A stretch of 64,000 bases of DNA from Acidimicrobiia bacterium (lineage in GTDB: Bacteria; Actinomycetota; Acidimicrobiia; Spongiisociales; ZC4RG35). The DNA lies in the NCBI GenBank assembly GCA_044867525.1, contig JBIOVB010000107.1:25419-89418 (forward strand), read 5' to 3'. The translations under genes and the position numbers were made by a program. Of the stretch, positions 36,890 to 46,069 are shown piece after piece; within the stretch, counting starts at the first letter, position 1; every line of letters starts with the position of its first letter. Under the pieces are notes generated by a model. It had not been told where the DNA came from. It did not search any database and worked only from the letters and a program-made list of their open reading frames with translations.

Positions 36890-38608
36890 GTGAATGGCAC
36901 GGTGACACTTGCCGGCGATCGCTGGTCGGTAGGCCCGCGTCGGTTCTCCGATCCGGTCCGGATCTTGACTGCCACTGAGATCGACGGGGTCTTGGCCGCT
37001 TTGCGTGAGGCCGAAGCGGCCGCTCTCGGGGGCGCCTGGGTGGTCGGTTTCGTCTCCTACCAGGCGGCACCGGCCTTCGCTCCAAAGTTGTCGGTTCCGA
37101 AGCGACACCACGTCCCCGATCTCCCGCTTGCCTGGTTCGGCGTGTACGAGCGGGAGATCGACCCCGTACCCAATCCGCCCGGGTCGTTCCGCTTGGGGGG
37201 ATGGGAACCCGCGTTGACCGCAGCTGAGCACGCCGACCTCGTCGCCCGGATTCGGGAAGCGATTGCCTCCGGGGACAGCTACCAGGTGAATCTCACATTC
37301 CCGATGTGGGCAGAGCTATCCGGTGACCCGGGTCACCTCTTTGAGGCGATGATCCGAGCCCAACCTCACAGTCATGGGGCGTGGCTCGACCTCGGGGGGG
37401 CAAAGATCCTCTCGGTCTCCCCGGAGCTCTTCTTTGCTCGAGTCGGACGCGAGGTGACGACCCGGCCGATGAAGGGCACCGCACCACGTGGGAGGTCCAG
37501 TGTCGAGGACCTGTTGCGTGCCGAGGAGTTGAGCACCTCGGAGAAGGAGCGGGCCGGGAACATGATGATCGTCGACATGATTCGCAACGATCTCGGTCGG
37601 GTGGCCGAGGTCGGCTCGGTCGAGGTTCCGTCGTTGTTCGAGGTGGAACGCCATCCCACCGTGTGGCAGATGACATCCACGGTCACCGCTCGGCTCCGGG
37701 AGAATGTTGGCCTCGACGCATTGTTCGCCGCGATGTTCCCTTCGGGATCCGTGACCGGGGCGCCAAAGGTATCGACCATGGGTCTGATCGCCGACCTCGA
37801 ACCGGATGCCCGTGGGCCCTACTGCGGGGCCATCGGATATCTGGCACCTGGCGGGGGCTCGGCCGAATTCTCTGTCGCCATCCGCACCGGTGTAGTCCGG
37901 GACGGCTCGTTCAGCTATCACGTCGGGGGTGGCATCACCTATGACTCCGAACCATCTGTCGAGTACGAGGAATGTCTCTGGAAGGCGCTGGTCGTCAGCC
38001 AGAGCAGGGAGGTTCCCGACCTGCTGGAGACGATGCGCTACGACCCAGAAGCCGGGATCCCGATGCTGGACAAGCACGTTGCCCGATTGGCATCTTCCGC
38101 CGCTTACTGGGGGATAACGATCGATCCCGCTTCCATCGGCGATGCCCTTTCCGCAGTTGGGGGATCGGCTTCGCTCAGGGTGAGGCTCATAGTCTCCAAG
38201 TCGGGCGAGATCGAGGTGGGAATCGAACCGATGCCAGTGTGGGACGAGCCGGTGGGGCTCAGGATCTGGGAAGGTCGTGTCGACCAAGGCGAGCCGCGAT
38301 GGGCTCACAAGCTCGCCGACCGATCTCACTACCCGCTGCCCGAAGACGACGGGGTGGAGAGGGTGATGCTCAATCTCGATGGCGAGGTCACCGAGACCGA
38401 GCGTTCCAACCTCATGATGCGCATCGACGGAAAATGGCTCACCCCGGCACTCGATTCGGGCTGCCTACCCGGGATCTATCGCGGGCAATTGCTCGAGCAA
38501 GGAGAGGTCGCGGAGGCCTCGTTGGACCTCGACGACCTGCACCGGGCCGAGGAGATCGCAGTGACCAACGCGGTGCGAGGATGGAGGAAGGCAGTCCTCA
38601 TCGAATAA
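36890..38608 (+). CDS. Bifunctional aminodeoxychorismate synthase component I / aminodeoxychorismate lyase fusion (PabB-PabC)
   Basis: Chorismate-binding motifs (SPELFF, MKGTAPRG, MIVDMIRNDL, GAPK, GGGIT...EYEE) followed by a class-IV aminotransferase-like C-terminal domain. Confidence 0.75.
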   Translation: MNGTVTLAGDRWSVGPRRFSDPVRILTATEIDGVLAALREAEAAALGGAWVVGFVSYQAAPAFAPKLSVPKRHHVPDLPLAWFGVYEREIDPVPNPPGSFRLGGWEPALTAAEHADLVARIREAIASGDSYQVNLTFPMWAELSGDPGHLFEAMIRAQPHSHGAWLDLGGAKILSVSPELFFARVGREVTTRPMKGTAPRGRSSVEDLLRAEELSTSEKERAGNMMIVDMIRNDLGRVAEVGSVEVPSLFEVERHPTVWQMTSTVTARLRENVGLDALFAAMFPSGSVTGAPKVSTMGLIADLEPDARGPYCGAIGYLAPGGGSAEFSVAIRTGVVRDGSFSYHVGGGITYDSEPSVEYEECLWKALVVSQSREVPDLLETMRYDPEAGIPMLDKHVARLASSAAYWGITIDPASIGDALSAVGGSASLRVRLIVSKSGEIEVGIEPMPVWDEPVGLRIWEGRVDQGEPRWAHKLADRSHYPLPEDDGVERVMLNLDGEVTETERSNLMMRIDGKWLTPALDSGCLPGIYRGQLLEQGEVAEASLDLDDLHRAEEIAVTNAVRGWRKAVLIE

Positions 38609-38644
38609 GTTGGGGGACACGCCCAGGTCCAGGAGTCACAGTTC

Positions 38645-39364
38645 ATGCCCACTCCCCACATCGCCGCCGAAAAAGGGGACTTTGCGCCCTCGATCCTCCT
38701 CCCCGGTGACCCGCTTCGCGCCAAGCACATCGCGGAGAACTTCCTGGAGGGGGCGCTCGAGGTGAATGCGGTCAGGAACATGCTGGGGTACACCGGCACC
38801 TACCAGGGCCTGGACGTCTCAGTAATGGGCACAGGCATGGGCATCCCCTCGGCCTCCATCTATGCCACGGAATTGATCACCCAATATGGAGTCGAGCGCC
38901 TGATCAGGGTTGGGTCCTGCGGAGGGATCCTGCCTTCGGTCGAGCTCCGGGATGTGGTTCTCGCCATCGGCGCCTGCACCGATTCCGGCGTCAATCGGGT
39001 GCGCTACGGAGGCTATGACTTCGCGGCGACCGCCGACTTCTGGCTCCTTCAGGCCGCGGCCGACGCCGCCGCCGCCCGCGGTCTCGGGGTCAAAGTGGGC
39101 AATGTCCACTCCGCCGACCTGTTCTACAACCCGGACCCGGCCGCTTTCGACCGGATGGAGGCGATGGGAGTGCTCGCAGTGGAGATGGAGGCCGCCGGCC
39201 TCTACGGGGTTGCAGCCGAAAAAGGGGGCCGAGCCTTGACCATCGCCACGGTCTCCGATCACGTCAGGTCCGGCGAGTCGACCACTGCACAGGAACGGCA
39301 GGAAACCTTCGACGAGATGGTCGAAATCGCCCTCGACGCCCTGATTCGCGACTCTGCCCGATAA
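38645..39364 (+). CDS. deoD: Purine nucleoside phosphorylase, DeoD type
   Basis: [25 protein letters not shown] and [10 protein letters not shown] motifs. Confidence 0.85.
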   Translation: MPTPHIAAEKGDFAPSILLPGDPLRAKHIAENFLEGALEVNAVRNMLGYTGTYQGLDVSVMGTGMGIPSASIYATELITQYGVERLIRVGSCGGILPSVELRDVVLAIGACTDSGVNRVRYGGYDFAATADFWLLQAAADAAAARGLGVKVGNVHSADLFYNPDPAAFDRMEAMGVLAVEMEAAGLYGVAAEKGGRALTIATVSDHVRSGESTTAQERQETFDEMVEIALDALIRDSAR

Positions 39365-39451
39365 GGCGTAACTCGCCGAAATCCTTTATCTTCTCTAAAC
39401 GTCGGGTCAGCGAGATTCCGCGAGTTTGGTCGCATTTACGGAGATGAAACA

Positions 39452-40624
39452 GTGAAGAGAGTTCCTCATGTGCTTTTCGTGGCCGCCTTGACGGTCGTCG
39501 CGCTCGCCGCTCCGGCGGCCGCCCAAGAGACACCGCCTTCGATCCCGACACCGACCACGGTGTCGATCACATCACCCTTCGTCGGCGTCGCGGTGAAGCC
39601 TGGCGACAGCGCCACCTTCGCCGTGACAGTGGCAGCACCCCCCGGTGACCGTGTCGGGCTCGCCATCGAGGGCCTACCCGAAGGGTGGGAGGGCGAGCTG
39701 AGGGGCGGGGGCTTCGTGGTCGATTCCGTCCAGGTAGATGCCACCGGTCAGGTTGCTCTCGAACTCCAGGTCGACGTCCCGCCCGACGCCGCCGAGGGCG
39801 AGTACCCGATTTCCGTGGTCGCCAACGCAGGTTCGGGCAACGACCAGTTGGATCTTGGGATCAGAGTCGCGGCCACCGTGGGCGGCAGCGTTTCGATGAG
39901 CACAGAGTTTCCGGCGCTGCAGGGCCCGGCGGACTCGACGTTCAGTTTCGATCTTTCGTTGGTGAACAACACTCCATCCGAGGTCCAGTTCGGTCTTTCT
40001 GCCTCGGGCCCTGAGGGCTGGCTCACCGAGATCAGGCCGTCGGGTGAGGCTCAGGCCTCGACGGTGACCGTGGCCGCGGGAGAGACTGCGACAGTCACGG
40101 TGTCGGTCGACCCAGCGGACGCCGCTCCAGCGGGCGAATACGTGGTGACGGCGAGAGCGGAGGGTGGCGGCCTCTCGGCCGACTCCGAGCTCGGGGTTCA
40201 GATCACCGGCTCGTTCGCTGTCGACATCAACACCGTCAACGAGGCGCTCAACGTGACGGTGCGGGGCGAGGAGGCAACCGACCTACCTCTGGTCGTGACC
40301 AATTCCGGCACCGCCCCCCTGGTCGGGGTGACCATGACCGCCACCCCGCCGCAGGGTTGGGACGTCGCCTTCGATCAGGACGTGCTTCAGGGTTTGGAGC
40401 CCGGTCAGTCGGCGCAGGTCACCGCCACGATCACCCCCTCGGGTGATGCGATCAACGGCGATTACGTGATCACATTCAGTGCTGGTGTTGCCGAGGCGAC
40501 GGACCAGGTGGACGTGCGGGCAACCGTGGAGACATCGGCCATCTGGGGCCTGGTCGGGATAGCGGTGATCGTGGTCGCCCTTGTCGGGCTCACCATGGTG
40601 TTTCGCCGCTACGGCCGGAGATGA
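39452..40624 (+). CDS. Secreted, C-terminally TM-anchored protein with tandem NEW3/NPCBM-associated-like beta-sandwich repeats
   Basis: Signal peptide, then repeated segments (GEYPISVVANAG, GEYVVTARAEGG, GDYVITFSAG). Ends with a TM helix and RRYGRR. GTG start. First gene of an operon with an ABC ATPase and permease. Confidence 0.55.
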   Translation: MKRVPHVLFVAALTVVALAAPAAAQETPPSIPTPTTVSITSPFVGVAVKPGDSATFAVTVAAPPGDRVGLAIEGLPEGWEGELRGGGFVVDSVQVDATGQVALELQVDVPPDAAEGEYPISVVANAGSGNDQLDLGIRVAATVGGSVSMSTEFPALQGPADSTFSFDLSLVNNTPSEVQFGLSASGPEGWLTEIRPSGEAQASTVTVAAGETATVTVSVDPADAAPAGEYVVTARAEGGGLSADSELGVQITGSFAVDINTVNEALNVTVRGEEATDLPLVVTNSGTAPLVGVTMTATPPQGWDVAFDQDVLQGLEPGQSAQVTATITPSGDAINGDYVITFSAGVAEATDQVDVRATVETSAIWGLVGIAVIVVALVGLTMVFRRYGRR

Positions 40625-41598
40625 CCTTGGCGGAAAAAGTCATCGAGGTCGAGGGCCTGGTCAAGCACTACGGCGACCGGGTCGCGGTCGACGGGATCGA
40701 CTTCAACCTGTCACACGGGGAGATCTACGGAGTGCTCGGCCCCAACGGGGCGGGCAAGACGACGACCATCCTGATGCTCCTCGGGCTCACCGAGCCGACT
40801 GATGGCACCGTCCGGGTATGCGGCCTCGACCCGGCGTACGACGCCATCGGGGTCAAGCGACGCGTCGGTTATCTCCCCGACTCTGTCGGCTTCTACGACG
40901 ACCTGACCGGCAGACAGAACCTGCGTTACACGGCGAGGCTCAACGAGCTCGAGCCCGACGAGGCCGAGGATCGGATCTCGCAGCTGCTGATCGACGTTGG
41001 CCTCGACTACGCCGCCGACTTCGAAGTGGGCACCTACTCCCGGGGCATGCGCCAACGGCTCGGTGTTGCCGACACTCTGGTCAAAGACCCGGATGTGGTG
41101 ATTCTCGACGAGCCGACCACTGCCATCGACCCCGAGGGCGTGGTCGAGATCCTGGCTCTCATCTCTCGCCTCGCCCACACCGATGGCCGGGCGGTGCTCA
41201 TCTCGAGCCACCTCCTGAATCAAGTGCAACAGGTCTGCGACCGGGTGGGGATCTTCGTCGAGGGCAGGATCGTGGCTCAAGGAACACCCGACGAGCTCGC
41301 TGCATCGCTCTCTGAGGGAGGGTCGGTTTACGAATTCGTGGTGGAGGCCACCGAGGCCCAGATCAGGGACGCGGTCCAGTCCGGATTCCCCCAGGCCGGT
41401 GAGGATGCGATCGGGATCACCGAGACCGGGCCGTTCAAGTGGCGGGTCGCCCTGCCGGAGCGGGACATCTCCGGCGTGGTCCGAGCCCTGGTGGAGGCCG
41501 ACCTCGAGGTGAAGCAAATCCGCGATCTGGGAACGAACCTCGACGAGATCTACCGCCGCTACTTCCGTGAGCATGAGCAGGAGGCGGTGAGCGCATGA
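40621..41598 (+). CDS. ABC transporter ATP-binding protein
   Basis: Walker A GPNGAGKTT, signature YSRGMRQR, Walker B VVILDEP. Confidence 0.85.
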   Translation: MTLAEKVIEVEGLVKHYGDRVAVDGIDFNLSHGEIYGVLGPNGAGKTTTILMLLGLTEPTDGTVRVCGLDPAYDAIGVKRRVGYLPDSVGFYDDLTGRQNLRYTARLNELEPDEAEDRISQLLIDVGLDYAADFEVGTYSRGMRQRLGVADTLVKDPDVVILDEPTTAIDPEGVVEILALISRLAHTDGRAVLISSHLLNQVQQVCDRVGIFVEGRIVAQGTPDELAASLSEGGSVYEFVVEATEAQIRDAVQSGFPQAGEDAIGITETGPFKWRVALPERDISGVVRALVEADLEVKQIRDLGTNLDEIYRRYFREHEQEAVSA

Positions 41599-42584
41599 CA
41601 GCGGTAGCCGCCCCGGCGCAGGCCACCTGGCAGCGGGAGCGCCCGGGTTGGGTGGAAGTCGCCCGCAAGGAGTTCACCGACCACCTGTTGTCGGTGCGAT
41701 TCTTCATCCTCCTCCTCATCCTCGGCCTGGTGGCGGTGGGTACTGTCTATGGGGCGGCGAGTGCGCTTCGGGAGTCGGCCCAGGATGCGTCCGACGCGGG
41801 GATCAGCGTGTTCCTCCGGCTGTTCACGGTAAATGCGGACCCGATCCCGTTCTCGTTCATGACGATCCTCGGGTTCCTGCTCCCGGTGTTCGGCATCGCA
41901 TACGGGTTCGACGCGATCAGCGGAGAGCGATCGCGGGGCACTCTGCCTCGACTCGTCTCCCAGCCCATCCATCGCGACGACGTGATCAACGGCAAGTTCG
42001 TCGCCGGGTTGGCGATCATCGGTCTGACTCTCACCGTCGTGACGTTGATCGTGGCCGGGGTCGGCATATTCGCCCTCGGCGTGGTACCCGAGCTGAGCGA
42101 CACCTTCCGCCTGATCACCTGGCTCCTGGCCTCGTTCGTATACGTGGCGGTGTGGCTTGCGTTGTCCATGCTGTGCTCGGTTGTGTTCCGCGCCGCGGCC
42201 ACATCGGCGATCGTCACCATCGGGATCTGGCTGGCCCTCTACTTCTTCGGGAGCCTGTTGTTCACCTTGCTCGCCGACGTCATCAACCCGGTGGATCCCT
42301 CGAATCCGGTCAGCGAGATCAACAATGTCCGTATCGAAACCAACGTGTCGCGCTTGTCTCCGGTGGTCCTCTACAACGAGTCGGCGACTGCGCTGCTGGT
42401 ACCCGAGGTCCGCACCCTGGGTTTTGTGACCTTGGAACAGATCGATCGAGCGATCGTCTCCGAGCTCTCGTTTCCCCAGAGCCTGTTACTGGTGTGGCCG
42501 CAATTGGTGGCCATGGTGGCGATCACCGTGGTCCTGTTCGCGATCGCCTACATCAAGTTCATGCGCCAAGAGGTGAGGGCCTGA
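41595..42584 (+). CDS. ABC-2 type transporter permease
   Basis: 6 TM helices. 4-nt overlap with the ATPase gene. Confidence 0.65.
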   Translation: MTAVAAPAQATWQRERPGWVEVARKEFTDHLLSVRFFILLLILGLVAVGTVYGAASALRESAQDASDAGISVFLRLFTVNADPIPFSFMTILGFLLPVFGIAYGFDAISGERSRGTLPRLVSQPIHRDDVINGKFVAGLAIIGLTLTVVTLIVAGVGIFALGVVPELSDTFRLITWLLASFVYVAVWLALSMLCSVVFRAAATSAIVTIGIWLALYFFGSLLFTLLADVINPVDPSNPVSEINNVRIETNVSRLSPVVLYNESATALLVPEVRTLGFVTLEQIDRAIVSELSFPQSLLLVWPQLVAMVAITVVLFAIAYIKFMRQEVRA

Positions 42585-42616
42585 CCGCTCTCGCCTTTGC
42601 TGACACACCATTCTGT

Positions 42617-42652
42617 CGCGCCGTTCTCGACCTATAGGTCAAGAACGGCGCG
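42617..42652. promoter_or_regulatory. 36-bp near-perfect palindrome between the ABC permease stop and the azlC start (terminator hairpin or operator)
   Basis: cgcgccgttctcgacctataggtcaagaacggcgcg is its own reverse complement except for 2 mismatches. Centre ctatag. Confidence 0.4.
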
Positions 42653-42689
42653 AGAAAAGGGTTCGAGCCGGAATATCGTGCCTTCGCTC

Positions 42690-43373
42690 ATGTCTGTGGA
42701 CCGTGCCCTGTCCCGTCGCGCATTCACCGATGCGGTGCCGCTGTTCATACCCGCCATCCCTTTCGCGTTGGTCCTCGGCCTGGCGATCACCGAGACCGGG
42801 ATGAACCCGCTCGTTGGGTGGTCTAGCTCCCCGATCATCTTCGGCGGGGCTGGCCAGCTCACCCTCATCTCGTTGCTCGGCACCGGCGCGTCGGTGGTGG
42901 CGGCGATAACGGCCGGTCTGGTGGTGAATGCCCGTCACCTCATGTATTCGGCCGCGCTGGCCCCGGTGTTCCAGACCCAACCTCGCTGGTTCCGCTGGTT
43001 CGGGCCGTATCTCCTCATCGATCAGCTCTTTGCATTGTCAACGTTTCGCAGCAACGACAGCCCGGAGGAATTCCGCACCTACTACCTGGTGGCCGGCATG
43101 ACCTTTTGGGTCACCTGGCTGGCAACCACGGCGCTCGGGCTGCTGCTCGGGCCGGTGGTCCCCGTGGCCTGGCACCTGGAATTCGCCGTCCCCGTCCTTT
43201 TCATCGGGCTTCTGGTCCTCGGCATTGACAACCGGCCCAAGGTCGTGGCGGCCGCGGTGGGGGCGGCGGTCACCTGGCTCACGGCTGGGCTTCCCAATCG
43301 CGGTGGGCTCCTCATCGGGTCAGTGGCCGGGATCCTGGCCGGGACGGTGGCGGCAAGGCTGAGCCGTGACTGA
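42690..43373 (+). CDS. azlC: AzlC family branched-chain amino acid exporter component
   Basis: Multi-TM protein. Followed by an overlapping small AzlD-like gene, the canonical azlCD arrangement. Confidence 0.7.
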   Translation: MSVDRALSRRAFTDAVPLFIPAIPFALVLGLAITETGMNPLVGWSSSPIIFGGAGQLTLISLLGTGASVVAAITAGLVVNARHLMYSAALAPVFQTQPRWFRWFGPYLLIDQLFALSTFRSNDSPEEFRTYYLVAGMTFWVTWLATTALGLLLGPVVPVAWHLEFAVPVLFIGLLVLGIDNRPKVVAAAVGAAVTWLTAGLPNRGGLLIGSVAGILAGTVAARLSRD

Positions 43374-43674
43374 CCTCGCCGCAATCGTCGTCGTCGGGAT
43401 CGGGACCTACATCAGCCGGGCTCTGTTCATCGTGTCTCTTTCCGGCAGGAAGATCCCAGATGGCGTGCTGGTGGCCCTGCAGTTCGTGGCGCCGGCGGTT
43501 CTCGCTGCCCTCGTGGTTGCGTTGCTCACCGATTCCTCGGGGCAGGTCGAAATCGGTCTCCCCGAGTTGTCAGGGCTCGTCATCGGGGCAATTGTCGCCT
43601 TCAGGACCAGGAGTCATGTCTGGACCCTGGTGGCCGGGATGTCTGCGTTCTGGTTGGTGGATCTCCTCGTCTGA
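43366..43674 (+). CDS. azlD: AzlD family branched-chain amino acid transport protein
   Basis: About 100 aa with 3 TM helices. Overlaps the azlC stop by 8 nt. Confidence 0.65.
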   Translation: MTDLAAIVVVGIGTYISRALFIVSLSGRKIPDGVLVALQFVAPAVLAALVVALLTDSSGQVEIGLPELSGLVIGAIVAFRTRSHVWTLVAGMSAFWLVDLLV

Positions 43675-43783
43675 CACCGCGAATCATCGACCCCGGTTCC
43701 TGGGGCAGGGGGTAACCCCGCGTTGTTACTTTGGGTCGAACGATGGATGTCGACAGACGACATCCTGTAATTGGGAGGAGACC

Positions 43784-45166
43784 ATGACCGACACGGTGGA
43801 TCGAAAGCAGTCGAGCCCGGGCGCATCCGGTCTCGATTCCTTCTTCAAGCTCTCCGAGCGTGGAACCTCGGTGAGCACCGAGATCCGCGCCGGGTTCACC
43901 ACTTTCCTGGTGATGGCCTACATCATCTTCGTCAACCCGAGCATCCTCAACTCCGACTTTGGCTTCGGTGATGCGGCAGCAGTGGCCGCGGCTACCGCCT
44001 TGGTGGCGGGCCTGCTCTGCATCCTGATGGGGGTTGTAGCCAATGTCCCGATTGCGCTGGCGGCAGGCCTGGGGATCAACGGGGTAGTCGCCTTCGGCCT
44101 CGTGCTTGGACAGGGCCTGACTCCGGCTGGGGCGATGGGCGTGATCGTGATCGAGGGCTTGGTCGTCCTCGCCCTGGTGGTGGTCGGGCTACGGGAGGCG
44201 ATCATGAACGCCGTCCCCATGTCGTTGAAGCGGGCAATCGGGGTCGGGATCGGGCTCTTCATCCTCTTCATCGGATTCGTCGATGGAGGCCTGATCGGGC
44301 ACGGCGACCCGGACGGTCCGGTGCCGGTAGCGTTCATCTTCCCGAACACCATGGGAGCATGGCTGACCCTGATCGGGCTTCTGATCACACTCATTCTCTA
44401 CGTGCGCAAGGTGCGTGGCGCTTTGGTGATCAGCATTCTCCTGACAGCGATAGTGAGCTTGATCATTGGTTTCACGGACGTCCCCGAACAACTGGCGACG
44501 ACTCCCAGCTTTGCCACTCTCGGTGACTTCGACCTGGGCAACGTCTTTACCCAGCTCGGTCTTGTCGCTGCTCTGTTGACCATATTCAGCCTCATGCTCA
44601 CCGACTTCTTCGACACCATGGGCACCGCGACGGCGATCGCCGAGCAAGCCGATCTCATCGACGAGGACGGGAAGGTTCCCGCCGTCGGCAGGTTGTTGTT
44701 CGTCGACTCGCTGGGTGCCGCCGCTGGTGGCGCCGCCGGGGTGAGCTCCAACACCAGCTACATCGAAAGCTCTGCTGGGGTCGCCGAAGGAGGCCGCACA
44801 GGTCTGACTGCCATCGTCGTCGGGTTGTTGTTTCTGGTGGCGATCTTCTTCACTCCGTTGGCTCCGTTGATCCCGCTACAGGCGACAGCACCGGTGCTGA
44901 TCCTGATCGGGTTTCTCATGGCGGGCTTGATCAAGGGAATCGACTTCGATGACATCGAGGAGGGCTTTCCGGCCTTGCTCACCATGATCCTCATGCCGTT
45001 GACGTTCAGCATCACCGTCGGCATCGGTGCCGGGTTTGTGATGTTCGTCCTGATCAAGTTGATCAAGGGCAAGTTCCGCGAGGTCCACCCCTTGATGTGG
45101 GTGGTGGCTGTGGCCTTCCTGATCTACTTCGGGCAGGCGGTGCTGGGGCAGGCAATCTCAGCCTGA
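43784..45166 (+). CDS. NCS2 family nucleobase (adenine/guanine/hypoxanthine) permease
   Basis: AzgA/PurP-like profile (GFTTFLVMAYIIFVNPSIL, FDTMGTATAIAEQA, NTSYIESSAGVAEGGRTGLTA). ATG after a GGGAGG RBS. Confidence 0.8.
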   Translation: MTDTVDRKQSSPGASGLDSFFKLSERGTSVSTEIRAGFTTFLVMAYIIFVNPSILNSDFGFGDAAAVAAATALVAGLLCILMGVVANVPIALAAGLGINGVVAFGLVLGQGLTPAGAMGVIVIEGLVVLALVVVGLREAIMNAVPMSLKRAIGVGIGLFILFIGFVDGGLIGHGDPDGPVPVAFIFPNTMGAWLTLIGLLITLILYVRKVRGALVISILLTAIVSLIIGFTDVPEQLATTPSFATLGDFDLGNVFTQLGLVAALLTIFSLMLTDFFDTMGTATAIAEQADLIDEDGKVPAVGRLLFVDSLGAAAGGAAGVSSNTSYIESSAGVAEGGRTGLTAIVVGLLFLVAIFFTPLAPLIPLQATAPVLILIGFLMAGLIKGIDFDDIEEGFPALLTMILMPLTFSITVGIGAGFVMFVLIKLIKGKFREVHPLMWVVAVAFLIYFGQAVLGQAISA

Positions 45167-45226
45167 ACTGGGGCTGATGCGGAGGGCGGCGTCGGGGACG
45201 CCGCCCTCGTCGCGTTAGGAGGACCG

Positions 45227-46069
45227 TTGATGCGGTTAACTTCGGTGGCAGTCATGGCTGAGCTCTCCGCCAGTGCACGCGCCAAGCTCCCCAACAGCGC
45301 TTTCGCGTATGTCGACGCTCAGGGAAACCGCCGGCTCCCAATCAATGACGAGGCCCACGTCCGCAACGCCCTATCCCGGTTCAATCAGGTCAAGTTCGAG
45401 AATGACGCCGCCCGGGAGCGGGCCTTTCGCAAGGTCCTGACCGCAGCGACCAAATATGGCATAGCTCCTGTCGGGTTTGTCGCCCGTCAGCTCAGGGAGG
45501 CGGCCGCCAGGGCGGGCTCGTCCGACCTTCCCTCCGGTCCGGTGACATTCCTCTTCAGTGACATCGAGGGCTCCACGGTCTTGGTCCAGCGGTTGGGAGA
45601 TGGCTATTCGGCGGTGCTCTCCACCGTCCAGGGTCTCATCGGCTCCGCGGTCGATGCCAATGGTGGCTACGAGGTGGATGCTCGTGCCGACGAGTTCTTC
45701 GCCGCCTTCGCCGAGGCCGGGTCGGCTTTGCAGGCCGCGATCGACGTGCAGCGGTCGATGCGAAGTCACGAATGGCCAGACGGGGTCGAAGTCCGGGTTC
45801 GCATCGGCTTGCACAGCGGGGAACCGGCCCGGACAGAGACCGGCTACGTCGGGTTGCCGGTGAACACCGGGGCCCGGGTCTGCGACGCCGGGCACGGGGG
45901 CCAGATCCTGCTTTCCGCAGCGACCAGAGAAGCCCTGGGGCCAGCCACAGGGGAGGCTCAGGTCGTAGAGCTCGGTGGATTCGAATTGAGGGGGTTGCCC
46001 GAGCCAGTGACGCTCTTTCAGGCAACGGTGCCCGACTTGCCATCCGTGTTTCCGGGGTTGCGAGTCTGA
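45227..46069 (+). CDS. Soluble class III adenylate/guanylate cyclase with an uncharacterised roughly 100-aa N-terminal domain
   Basis: Cyclase motifs FLFSDIEGST, RIGLHSGEP and VNTGARV. N-terminal domain has the conserved-looking block LPINDEAHVRNALSRFNQVKFEND. Its stop overlaps the next gene's start. Confidence 0.75.
   Translation: MMRLTSVAVMAELSASARAKLPNSAFAYVDAQGNRRLPINDEAHVRNALSRFNQVKFENDAARERAFRKVLTAATKYGIAPVGFVARQLREAAARAGSSDLPSGPVTFLFSDIEGSTVLVQRLGDGYSAVLSTVQGLIGSAVDANGGYEVDARADEFFAAFAEAGSALQAAIDVQRSMRSHEWPDGVEVRVRIGLHSGEPARTETGYVGLPVNTGARVCDAGHGGQILLSAATREALGPATGEAQVVELGGFELRGLPEPVTLFQATVPDLPSVFPGLRV

Noticed and set aside
37316-38329. 337-aa minus-strand ORF antisense to the PabB-PabC fusion
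   Set aside because: The plus strand contains the full set of chorismate-binding motifs, so the antisense frame is spurious.
40711-42637. Large ORFs (40711..41574-, 41648..42637+) overlapping the ABC ATPase and permease
   Set aside because: Out of frame or antisense to genes with Walker motifs or TM helices.
43675-43790. Possible purine riboswitch upstream of the NCS2 permease
   Set aside because: I could not recognise the conserved purine-riboswitch junction sequences (UAUA...GGGA / U-rich J2/3 / ...CCGUAAAU). Only a simple hairpin is present, reported separately as a low-confidence regulatory hairpin.
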